Source of the DNA: Proteromonas lacertae
Lineage: Eukaryota
Length of the DNA stretch: 40,051 nt
Assembly: GCA_002245135.1 (NCBI GenBank)
Contig: NGBS01001206.1
Location: forward strand, 1 to 40,051
Direction: 5' to 3'
A program made the position numbers and the translations under genes. Under the pieces are notes generated by a model, which saw only the letters and a list, made by a program, of their open reading frames with translations, ran no database searches and was not told the DNA's origin. Shown one piece after another: positions 10,447 to 20,251 of the stretch (the first letter of the stretch is position 1; every line of letters starts with the position of its first letter).

Positions 10447-10797
10447 TTAGTTATGAAATCTTAGTCTCTCTTCAATGATGTTTTTTTCATCAATACCATA
10501 ACGCTTTAACATCTTTGTTTTTCTGCGCTCCTCTTCTGGATCAACCCATTTTCTAGGGCGTATGGTTGCTTGTGCTACTCTAGTTGGTTTATGAATTGCA
10601 CGCCATTCTTCATACTTTCTGTCATCCTCATCAGCTGTATCAGATGTATACCACATTACTACTGGAGGTGATGGTGGTGGTTGAGCTACTATTCTAGCTA
10701 CTTCACTTTCAATGATTGCATAGATTCTTTCAAATTCTTCATCTTCACGCTTATTTCTATCTTCTATATTAACATTCTCGATCCAAATTCTTGACAT
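10447..10797 (-). CDS. Hypothetical protein
   Basis: Likely ATG at 10797 (MSRIWIENV...); charged protein with a PPPSPP segment. Confidence 0.55.
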   Translation of the reverse strand: MSRIWIENVNIEDRNKREDEEFERIYAIIESEVARIVAQPPPSPPVVMWYTSDTADEDDRKYEEWRAIHKPTRVAQATIRPRKWVDPEEERRKTKMLKRYGIDEKNIIEERLRFHN

Positions 10798-10943
10798 TCT
10801 TTTGAAATTATGATTGATAAAAAACAATAAGAAAAAGTTAAATGAAATTATATACAAAAAATCAAAAGAAAAATTTTAACCCATAAAATTACTCATACAC
10901 AAAAATATATAAAGAATTTTAAACTCACCAGCTTCCTCCAGTA

Positions 10944-10959
10944 TAACCCTAACCCTAAC
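10944..10959 (+). repeat. Short telomere-type repeat (TAACCC)2.7
   Basis: taaccctaaccctaac, i.e. TTAGGG units on the minus strand. Confidence 0.6.
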
Positions 10960-11280
10960 TACAGTGATATTCTTACTGTTATATATATATTGTATATTTG
11001 ATAGATTATTTTTTCTACTCCATAATTGGGCCTAGTTAATCTTTGACTTCCTAAACCTCGATTTTCTATTAAAATACTCTTTCAGCTTATCTGTTAGTAA
11101 ATTTATTACCAAAATCAATTACATCTACTTTATCTTCATAAAATAATGATGCTTCTATACCATTTCGCTGTACATGATAGTATTATACAGTTTATAAATA
11201 TTATAAAGTAAGTATAATAATAATAAATATATATATATATATAGTACTTACATTTTGAAATATCTTCTTTGTTTCAAAGG

Positions 11281-11823
11281 TATGTTGTGCGCCGTTTGTC
11301 ATATGACCAACCTCTGCAGTATACTATTTTGTTAATAAAAATAGTTTAAATATTTGTGCCGTTTGTTTTCTAGAACTTTTTAATCAAACTAAATTCATAT
11401 TTAGCTAATATAGACTAAAATACATTAGCTGAAATGATTAGAATAACTTAATGTTGATCATAAGACATTTAAATTAAAAAAAGAAAATATAGAATCAAGC
11501 CTCACTCAAGCCTATATTTTACATCTCATCTTTTATATAGAAGGATTTAATAATTCTTATATTCTAATCATTTCAGCTAATGTATATTAGTCTATATTAG
11601 CTAAATATGCATTTAGTTTGCTTCAAAAATTTCTAGAAAACAAATGGCGCAAATATTCAAACTATTTATATTAACAAAAAAGTATACTGCAGGGTTAGGT
11701 CATATAACAAAGTAAGTATAAAAGTAACAATTTTTCATCAAGACAAGTAAGAATATACATTTAGTTTGTTTTAAAAGTATCTGGTAGACAAACGGCCAAC
11801 TATGACAATCGGGGCACAACATA
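11281..11823. mobile_element. Foldback/MITE-like element, copy 1
   Basis: Termini tatgttgtgc...gcacaacata; inverted arms ~11281-11444 and ~11561-11823 around an asymmetric core containing tcaagcctcactcaagcc. Confidence 0.9.
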
Positions 11824-12128
11824 AGTAAATGGTATATTATTACTTAAACGATCTAATGGAATTACATTATCATTATATTTATATTGTTTAATTATCTTTT
11901 CCAATTGATCAGCATTTTGTAGATTGATTATAATCAATGAAAAATGTATATATATATATTAAAAATGGTTTGTCTGAATCTTTACTGGATAGAGGAGATT
12001 TAGTTATACCTTAAATCATTTCCTTAATTTACATTTGATATTAATCTTTTCATTTTTACTTATTCATCTTCTCCTTATAACAAATATTACAATATTTCGC
12101 TAGGATTATTTATAATATTTGTTATAAG

Positions 12129-13076
12129 ATAAATAAGTATTTTATATTATTCACCTTTCTTTTTCTTATTGTATTATTTATATTTAATAGTTATAGTCTT
12201 AATAAAAATAATGGATATAAATTCTTAAATAGCTACATTTATTTTACAAATAATAACCTATTTAATAATAGAATAAAATACATCCCTAAGAATTCATGTG
12301 GGTTAGGTAATAAGCTCTTAGGATTAATTAGTTCAATTGCATATGGAGTGTCTTATTCGTATTCATTGAAAGTACATAGTTGGGATAGTTTGTGGTGGTA
12401 TTTTAATTATCCTCTCAAAAATGATGAAACTCAATACATCTTTAATGTTACTTTTCACGGCCATTTTTATGGTATAAAAAGAGTAGTTACCGATGAAAAT
12501 ACAAGGAAATTTTTACTTAAGCAAGGAATAATAACATACAACCAAAATATCAATATTATGGTTAATAATCTTGCTTATAAAATATCATCACGTTTTTTAA
12601 CTGTATGTGATATAATTAAATCAAAAATAAAGCTAAATTATATACACAACATTATATATGGAGCTCATATAAGAACAGGAATGGCGGATGGTAAAGAATA
12701 TCTATTACATTATTTAAAATATAATGATATAATAAGTATATTAAATTTTATTTCCAAAAATATAAACAATCATAGCATTTATATAAGTACTGATTCTGTT
12801 GGTGTAAAAAATATGTACAAATCTATAATATCTAATATAATTTATTTAAATTCATCCACATGCAATTCTGGATATGGATTATTAAAAAATAATGACAAAT
12901 GTGCAATTGAAGCAATTATAGACTATTACATTTTAAGTAAATGTAATTATCTAATATTAACTAGATGTAGCTCTTTTAGTTTAATTAGTCTCTTTGCTAA
13001 TAAAATTGGATATAAAAATAAAAGAATGTATAAATACTTTGGTAATTGCTCATTGCATTCTGATTTGTTTAATTGA
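12129..13076 (+). CDS. NodZ/GT23-like alpha-fucosyltransferase (GT-B); apparent ATA start
   Basis: Frame is open from ATA at 12129 (INKYFILFTFLFLIVLF...). Motifs CGLGNKL, GAHIRTG, IYISTDS, DYYILSKC, SSFS. Confidence 0.75.
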   Translation: MNKYFILFTFLFLIVLFIFNSYSLNKNNGYKFLNSYIYFTNNNLFNNRIKYIPKNSCGLGNKLLGLISSIAYGVSYSYSLKVHSWDSLWWYFNYPLKNDETQYIFNVTFHGHFYGIKRVVTDENTRKFLLKQGIITYNQNINIMVNNLAYKISSRFLTVCDIIKSKIKLNYIHNIIYGAHIRTGMADGKEYLLHYLKYNDIISILNFISKNINNHSIYISTDSVGVKNMYKSIISNIIYLNSSTCNSGYGLLKNNDKCAIEAIIDYYILSKCNYLILTRCSSFSLISLFANKIGYKNKRMYKYFGNCSLHSDLFN

Positions 13077-13082
13077 TTAAAT

Positions 13083-14030
13083 ATGAAATTCAAATATTTA
13101 CTTCAAATATATATCATCTTATTATTTTATTTTCTTATTAATGCACAATATAATAATTATTTTAGAATATGTATATTTGGTATGGCGTTAGGTTTGCCTA
13201 TTGTTTCTATTAAAATATTTATAATTTCATTACAAAAGACTAATTTTAAAGGAATACTAATTCTGTTCATTTTCAACGAATCCTTATATAAATTTAGCAA
13301 ATATTCATACACTTTAAAAATTATAATAATTGAAAAAGATTGGCCATATTATTCTCTTCAAAACAAAGAATATTTTCTGAATAATAAATTCTTAAAATCA
13401 TGCATTATTTCATATAAATTTTATAGATACAAATGGAATATATATAGATTCAGTTTTATCGACTGTTGGTTGAAAAAATATAGTAATAAATTTGATTTTT
13501 ATTTTATTTTGGATGTTCGTGATACTATCTTTCAATTGAATATTGAATATTATAACTATGAAAACGCATTATATATAAGTCAAGATGCACGTTTTCCATT
13601 TAAAATTAAAGACGACTATGCAAATAAAAAATGGATGAATGACTATGAGAAAAATTCTATGCTAGAGTATAATATTCCGCTTAATTCAGGAACTATATAT
13701 GGATCAAAAGAATGTTTAACAGAATTTGTATCAATCTTTGTAAAATTTATTAAATCTAAGTATTTAAACACAGCTGAACAAGGTACATTGAATTATTTAT
13801 ATTATAGTGGAAAATTTAACTCTGTTAGGATAATTATAAATAAAAATGAAAGAGATATTATATATAATATGGGTATTGAAGTTATATACAAAAGTTACTT
13901 TATAAATAATAATTATATCATAAAGAATTTCACATTATATAGAAATCCCAATAAATCTGTTCCACATATTGTTCATCAGTATGATAGAGACAAGAATTAT
14001 TTCAATCTTCTAAAAGCTATATACACATAA
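13083..14030 (+). CDS. Putative GT-A nucleotide-sugar transferase
   Basis: FILDVRDTIFQ, LNSGTIYG, EQGTLNYLYY, IVHQYDR; N-terminal TM segment. Confidence 0.7.
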   Translation: MKFKYLLQIYIILLFYFLINAQYNNYFRICIFGMALGLPIVSIKIFIISLQKTNFKGILILFIFNESLYKFSKYSYTLKIIIIEKDWPYYSLQNKEYFLNNKFLKSCIISYKFYRYKWNIYRFSFIDCWLKKYSNKFDFYFILDVRDTIFQLNIEYYNYENALYISQDARFPFKIKDDYANKKWMNDYEKNSMLEYNIPLNSGTIYGSKECLTEFVSIFVKFIKSKYLNTAEQGTLNYLYYSGKFNSVRIIINKNERDIIYNMGIEVIYKSYFINNNYIIKNFTLYRNPNKSVPHIVHQYDRDKNYFNLLKAIYT

Positions 14031-14031
14031 C

Positions 14032-15180
14032 ATATTATATATTGTAATTTTATTTATTATAATTATTCTTAATTTTAATAAAAGCAATTTGTCAAATATA
14101 AGATATACAAATCCTCAACACATTATTCGTTTATCATTTCATTACTTAAGCAAATTAAAAAACCTAAAATGCAAAAATCGAAAGAATATCTTATGTATAG
14201 ATTTCAATAATCGTAGTATTAATAATGTTTATCATTTCGCAACTTTTAGAATTAATAAAACTTATAAATTTATTACAAGTAAAATAATAACTACCTCATA
14301 TGATATAAGAATTAATGAACATAATGCATCATTTAAAAGAATTATCTTCAGTTTAAATATCTATGGATTCAAGCATGCTTTATTATCCTATGAAGGAAGT
14401 ATTCATTCTCAATGTTGGGATTTAACAATAACAGGAGGATGCAAATGCTATAATATACCACATATTTATTTCAATGTGTCAAATAATTATAAATACGATA
14501 AAGTAATATCAATTAGTCACCATTGGGGAAATGCTGTCTTTCATTCAATTGTTGAATGTCTAACAAAAATAGGATTTTATATTCCATATTTAGTTGAAGA
14601 TCAGTCAATAAAAATACATACAATGAAATCTGCTAATATAAAGTATTTACATTTCCTAGGATTTAATGATTCAAGATTATTATATGGAAATATATATGCA
14701 AAAAGATTGTTAGTATTAGAAAAAGGTGGATGTGGATCAACTCCACCTTTAATTCATTTAATATACTTAAGGATTTACATAAGAAAAAGGATAAAAACTA
14801 AACCTATGTATGACATAGTACTAATCAAAAGATTTGGCATTAGAGAAGTGCTGAATTTTGAGGAAATATTAAATATTATAAGAGAAAAGTTCACATTCAA
14901 AAATATAACAATATTTTATCCTAATACTACTTTTATAAATACATTAAATTATTTTAAATACGCCAAATTAATTATTGCTCCTCATGGAGCTGGTTTATCA
15001 AATCTAATAGTTACAGAAAACTGTAAAGTTATAGAATTCCTTTACAAAAATTATTGTTATTCCTCATTAGCTAATAAACTAGGATTAGAATATTATGGAA
15101 TTAAAGAAAAGTTATATGAAGGAAAATTTAAAGTAAACATCTCATTATTTAAATATTTAATTGAAAATATTGACATATAA
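14032..15180 (+). CDS. GT61 (DUF563) glycosyltransferase; apparent ATA start
   Basis: GNAVFHSIVECL, IIAPHGAGLSNLI, VIEF. In-frame hydrophobic ILYIVILFIIIILN begins at ATA 14032. Confidence 0.8.
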   Translation: MLYIVILFIIIILNFNKSNLSNIRYTNPQHIIRLSFHYLSKLKNLKCKNRKNILCIDFNNRSINNVYHFATFRINKTYKFITSKIITTSYDIRINEHNASFKRIIFSLNIYGFKHALLSYEGSIHSQCWDLTITGGCKCYNIPHIYFNVSNNYKYDKVISISHHWGNAVFHSIVECLTKIGFYIPYLVEDQSIKIHTMKSANIKYLHFLGFNDSRLLYGNIYAKRLLVLEKGGCGSTPPLIHLIYLRIYIRKRIKTKPMYDIVLIKRFGIREVLNFEEILNIIREKFTFKNITIFYPNTTFINTLNYFKYAKLIIAPHGAGLSNLIVTENCKVIEFLYKNYCYSSLANKLGLEYYGIKEKLYEGKFKVNISLFKYLIENIDI

Positions 15181-16878
15181 ATGAAACAAAATGTTTATAT
15201 TCAAGAACTAAGAGGTATATCCATTGTTTTTATTATACTTTATCACTTTTTAAATGATTTCAAAACATTTGGATTTTTAAGTGTATCCATTTTTCTTCAA
15301 ATATCAGGATATATTATAACATATACTTCTCTTAGCAGGAAAAAAGCAATGAAAGATTTCTATTATAAAAGAATGATAAATATATTTCCTCAGTTACTTT
15401 TTACTATTACAATCATATTATATATATATAGAAATGAAAGTTATAATAGACTTAATATGCTTTATGATGAAACTATATCTACTATTGAAATAATATCAAA
15501 TATATATTATTACAAAAGAGAAATTAATTATTTTAGTCAATTTGATAATCCTTCAATTACTCTACATTTTTGGTACATTTCTCTTCAGCAACAAATATAT
15601 ATATTGTATCCATTCCTATTTATTCTTTATACTTATTGTCACATTATATTGTATTTGCTATTAATAGCAAGTATATCATTATTTTATTTATACTTAAATT
15701 CAGATCCATCATTTTCTTATTATATAATCTTGTGTAGATTATATGAATTTATAATTGGTATGCTATGCAATAATAAAACATATTCAGTTATTTTAAGATA
15801 TACTATTAGTGGTAATTTTATTGTTTATATTATTATACTAGTACAATTGCTAAATATTACTATTCAAAAGTTATATAAGTTTATCATAATAAATATATTA
15901 TCACTATTATTACTAAATAGTATGAATTTAAATTCATTGAATATAAACTTCATTCTAAATATTTCATTGTTATATAGAATTGGTAATTTATCTTATGAAA
16001 TATACCTTGTTCATTATCCATTGATTAATTTTTGCAATTCAAGCATTATAAAATATATCTTGTTAATTGCTATTTTGTCCTATATTCTTTCATTTACAAA
16101 AGTAATGAATGATAAATATAAGTTTCGAATTTCTTTGATTTTACCTGTGTTAATAATTTCATACATAATATATAAAAAGTCTATAAATAATTATAAATTT
16201 AAAGAGATTTTTAGCATTACTTTAAATGATATGAATAAAGAATATTTAAAGACTATGAAGTGTATAAAAAAATACTATCCTATACCAAAATTGCATAATA
16301 TTTGTTTAATGTTATTAGGTGATTCACATTTAGAACAGTGGTTTCCTTCAATTATAGATATTGCAAAATCAAAAAAATACTCAATTATATATATAAGGTT
16401 TAATGTTAGAGATATAGAGTTAGAAAAATTTCAAATTGTAAAAGATACTATTAATGAATATAAATATATCAGTATTATACCCATAATATCAATATATATG
16501 AATCATCAATGGATAAATAATTATTCACTATTTCATTATCACTTCAAGAAATATATAAAAATTCTGCTTAATCAAACATTGTTCATTTATATTATTGAAG
16601 ATATACCATACTTACATACCAATCCTTTAAATTGCCTATATTCTTTAAGTGAAATAGATAGATGTTATTCAATATTAGGAATAAATTCATCTATTGAATC
16701 AATACCATTTATAAAAAATAACAAATTACATTATTGTAATATGAATAAACATATTTGTGAAAAGAAAATAATACATTTTATTAGAAATGGTATAATAGTT
16801 TATAAAGATAGCAATCATTTGACTTTATCTTTTTCAAAGACATTAACTAACAACTTAAATAACTGTATGTTGCTATAA
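15181..16878 (+). CDS. OafA/OatA-type acyltransferase-3 plus SGNH O-acetyltransferase
   Basis: IQELRGISI..ILYH, FLQISGYIIT, HFWYISLQQQIY, SYEIYLVHYP, GDSH, DSNHL. Confidence 0.9.
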   Translation: MKQNVYIQELRGISIVFIILYHFLNDFKTFGFLSVSIFLQISGYIITYTSLSRKKAMKDFYYKRMINIFPQLLFTITIILYIYRNESYNRLNMLYDETISTIEIISNIYYYKREINYFSQFDNPSITLHFWYISLQQQIYILYPFLFILYTYCHIILYLLLIASISLFYLYLNSDPSFSYYIILCRLYEFIIGMLCNNKTYSVILRYTISGNFIVYIIILVQLLNITIQKLYKFIIINILSLLLLNSMNLNSLNINFILNISLLYRIGNLSYEIYLVHYPLINFCNSSIIKYILLIAILSYILSFTKVMNDKYKFRISLILPVLIISYIIYKKSINNYKFKEIFSITLNDMNKEYLKTMKCIKKYYPIPKLHNICLMLLGDSHLEQWFPSIIDIAKSKKYSIIYIRFNVRDIELEKFQIVKDTINEYKYISIIPIISIYMNHQWINNYSLFHYHFKKYIKILLNQTLFIYIIEDIPYLHTNPLNCLYSLSEIDRCYSILGINSSIESIPFIKNNKLHYCNMNKHICEKKIIHFIRNGIIVYKDSNHLTLSFSKTLTNNLNNCMLL

Positions 16879-16903
16879 TTAACAAATTGAAATGAATTGT
16901 AAA

Positions 16904-18414
16904 TTATTTTTTACAATTACATTTAATTTCCATTTTCATATCTTCACAGTTTAAATATTTTGATATTTCCTTTAGTATCGTATTTTCATTACTTCCAGTT
17001 AATCCTTCAGATATATATTTTAATGTAAAGAATAAATTAAACGGTGTAATATATCTATTTTGATTCTTCTTCAATATTGTGTATAAATTCTGATTTATTA
17101 GTTGTTTGTTTATAATCTATATATTTGAAGATATTAATTAATACTATAATCAGTGGCGGAAATGTGTTTTCTATTTCATTATAATACTTACCATAATGAA
17201 TTCCATGATCTCCAACAATAAATGTAATTAATTTATTTAATGTATTAGTTTCTATAGTTATATTATATTTTATACCATTTAGAATGCTAAAATAATTCTT
17301 TAACTCTTCATCAATACCTGCTACTGATAATTGTTTTGGCTAATTGTTTTATTATATAGGAGAATGATATACATCATGAGTCTCTGAAAAAGATGCAAAT
17401 GTAAAAGTAGAAACATTATGTTTGGCATAGTACATATGAGCTTTTTTCATGTATTTAAGAAACATATACGATATTCGTTTTCCATGTATACATCTTGGTC
17501 CAGTACCATATGCTCCTGTTTTGTTATAACTAATAATAATAAACTATAATATACTTATTAATTGAAGGATGACAAGCTAAATTTATGTTATGATCAGCGC
17601 CATATTTTACAGGCTTACCGTAATATTTTAAATTAATGTCACAGAATCCAGCTAAAGATAGTGTTTTATATCCATTATCATGATAGTAATTAAATAATGA
17701 CTTTTTCTAGAAAATTAAAAATATATACAACTGATTTAGTATTATTATTGTATTTTTCTCCATAGAATAATGGAATATAATTTGGTTTTGAATTAAGTCC
17801 AACAGTATGATATCTTAACATATCAAATATATAATAATTGCTTGATAGAGAAAGCAGGAATTTTTGTGTTTCGATAAACTGTTGATTAAAAGCCATTCTA
17901 GATAAACCATCAAATAGAAATAAATTTACAGAAATTCTATTATTTATGTGAATAATTCTTTGAGGAATAAAATGTAAAAATAAATAATTATTGCTATGTG
18001 ATTCATAATATTGTATTTCATAATCTAATATTCTGTTAATTACCTATTTCATAATAACAATTATACATAAGAGGTGGAATAGAAAAATCTAAAACTCTCT
18101 AATCTAATCCCATAAGTGGATGTATTGAATAAATATATTTTAAATTTGACTTTTGTTAAATTTGTAGTTCTATGTGTATTACTACAACTATACGGACTAT
18201 TCATTGGAAAATTCTCTTTTCTTGTATAGGAACAATTGATTTTGCATAAACTTTCACTATCTTCATATTTATTACTTGAAATCCAACTATAGCATAATGT
18301 ATTTTTCAAAGAAAAATAGTGTCTGCTTTCACTAGCACAAAATATATGAAACAATAGAAATAATATAAGAAATATAGTATAACTTATTATATAAAATGAT
18401 ATAATTTTCATCAT
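16904..18414 (-). CDS. DUF229 (alkaline phosphatase/sulfatase-like) protein with 5-6 tiny introns
   Basis: Splicing GT-AG introns 18044-18066, 17707-17728, 17530-17554, 17340-17372 and 17117-17144 (plus optional in-frame 17252-17275) gives one ORF. Motifs NLFLFDGLSRMAF, YHTVGLNSKPN, RCIHG, GDHG, NQNRYITPFN, C..CNC; stop at 16904-16906. Confidence 0.85.
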
Positions 18415-18463
18415 ACTATGCGTTTTTAATAATGGAATTAGTTTGTGACTTAATACAATAAAT

Positions 18464-19249
18464 ATGAAAGCTTTAATTATTATACTTACGATTAATTTAT
18501 TATCCTTTATATATATTATATATGTAATTTTTAAACATACAAATATGAAATTTAATAGATATCCCAATAAAGACTACATCACTCTAGTTCATGAATCATA
18601 TAATAATATTCCCGATTTGAACATAATGTTACAAAGTTTAAAAAATATATATACTAATGAATCTGTAGATTCATTCTACATTTTAGATTCTATTAGGTTA
18701 TTATCAAAGTCATTTAGAAGTCAAAAATATGCAAATATGTTATCCAAAAAGGATGGTGATATTTCTGCTTATTATGACCAAATGCTTATATATAGAAACG
18801 AAATAATCAACAGTAATAAAATATATACAATTAGAAATATATGCGAAATAGGATTTCAAGTCGGTATAGGATCTCTTACATTCCTTACATCTTTGAAACA
18901 TAATTTAGTCTATTATGGATTTGATTATGGTATGAATTATTCTAAATGTTGTTATAATATTATTTCTAATTATTTTAATATGAATATTATTTGGGGAAAA
19001 AGTGAAGAAACTGTGCCTCATTCTAAGAATATTGTGTGTGATATAATTCATATTGATGGTGATCACAAACAAATATCTATTTATAACGATATAATTAACA
19101 TGAAACAATTATCACATAGACATACACTTTTATTTTTGGATGATGTGAATATAGATAGTAATACAATAATTAAAGCAAAAAGAGATAGAATAATAGAAAA
19201 CATTAATTGCTTTAATTGGAAACCATTTTGTATATGTAACTATAACTAG
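18464..19249 (+). CDS. Class I SAM methyltransferase (Methyltransf_24-like)
   Basis: ICEIGFQVGIGS, GFD, WGKSEETVP, CDIIHIDGDH, FLDD; N-terminal TM segment. Confidence 0.85.
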   Translation: MKALIIILTINLLSFIYIIYVIFKHTNMKFNRYPNKDYITLVHESYNNIPDLNIMLQSLKNIYTNESVDSFYILDSIRLLSKSFRSQKYANMLSKKDGDISAYYDQMLIYRNEIINSNKIYTIRNICEIGFQVGIGSLTFLTSLKHNLVYYGFDYGMNYSKCCYNIISNYFNMNIIWGKSEETVPHSKNIVCDIIHIDGDHKQISIYNDIINMKQLSHRHTLLFLDDVNIDSNTIIKAKRDRIIENINCFNWKPFCICNYN

Positions 19250-19290
19250 CAAAGTTAATCAAGCTGATATAATTCTGCTATACAGTTTAA

Positions 19291-20238
19291 ATGAAAATAT
19301 CATGCATTTTAGCCACATTTATTATTATCTATTTCATTTTATATTGTTTTATGTATATATCATTATTAAATATGCTATATTTATTAAAAATAAAAGGTAT
19401 TTCACCAAAAACATATAAGAAGCTATTAACATATAATACTAGTATTTCTTTGTATCAAGTTAAAAGTGTTTTATATATTCAAAAGCCAATTCATAAAATT
19501 AAATACAATTCATTCATTGTTTTTGGTGTTACATCAACATCAGATTCATTTAACATTAGAATGGTTATTAGAAAGACATTAGGAAAACAAATGAAATATT
19601 ATAATTCATTGCTATTCTTCTTTATAGCAAATTCTAATGTAGATTATTATAATTATTTATTATCGATAGAAGTAAAGTTATACAATGACGTAATCCAATT
19701 ATCTCTATATGAGAGTTATTTAAATCTTACCATATTAACAATATGGATGATGAAATGGGTAGTTGATAATTGCAAATTTATATATCTTATAAAAAATGAT
19801 CAAGATGTTATTCCTAATATAAAACTAACATACATTTATTTACTATCATTAATAAATACAACTTGCTCTTATGGAATTTTAAGTAAAAACGAAGTAGTAT
19901 GCAGAAATAAAAATTCAGTACATTATATCCCTTATTATTCATACAAGAAAAACAATCTACCTTCATATATATTTGGATATTTTGCAATTTATAATTATAT
20001 ACTTATAAACTATATTAACAATATTTCTTTTACTGTATATCCAATAATATACAAAGAAGATGTTCATATTGGTTTATTGACTTCAAAAAGCAATTATTCT
20101 TTCTGCAAAATAAGGCATAAAATAGTGAGTAAAATAAAAGAAAATAATGTTACAAATATAGATAATAACACTATATCAATCCATGGAGTAAATTATATCA
20201 ATTATCTAAAACTGTATAAGTTAATAAATGGTATGTAG
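19291..20238 (+). CDS. GT31 beta-1,3-galactosyltransferase-like
   Basis: RMVIRKTLG, EVKLYNDVIQ, ESYLNLT, KNDQDV, EDVHIG. Confidence 0.85.
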   Translation: MKISCILATFIIIYFILYCFMYISLLNMLYLLKIKGISPKTYKKLLTYNTSISLYQVKSVLYIQKPIHKIKYNSFIVFGVTSTSDSFNIRMVIRKTLGKQMKYYNSLLFFFIANSNVDYYNYLLSIEVKLYNDVIQLSLYESYLNLTILTIWMMKWVVDNCKFIYLIKNDQDVIPNIKLTYIYLLSLINTTCSYGILSKNEVVCRNKNSVHYIPYYSYKKNNLPSYIFGYFAIYNYILINYINNISFTVYPIIYKEDVHIGLLTSKSNYSFCKIRHKIVSKIKENNVTNIDNNTISIHGVNYINYLKLYKLINGM

Positions 20239-20251
20239 TATATAAATTGCA

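Larger units (their letters stand above)
7080..10960 (-). mobile_element. Virus-like insert of co-directional orphan ORFs (boundaries approximate)
   Basis: GC is higher than in the flanking glycan genes. Five minus-strand orphan ORFs, two with CxxC..CxxCR motifs. No hallmark viral gene lies inside this block. Confidence 0.45.

Noticed and set aside
11227..11243. (AT)n tracts (also ~11947-11959) and GAT runs at 30264-30490
   Set aside because: Expected in very AT-rich DNA; the GAT runs simply encode poly-Asp.
17103..17110. TGTTTGTT motif (also 20302-20309, and reverse at 2074-2081) as a Blastocystis-type polyadenylation/stop-creating signal
   Set aside because: All called CDSs have genomic stops and the motifs are not at a fixed distance from gene ends. 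This is insufficient to name the organism.
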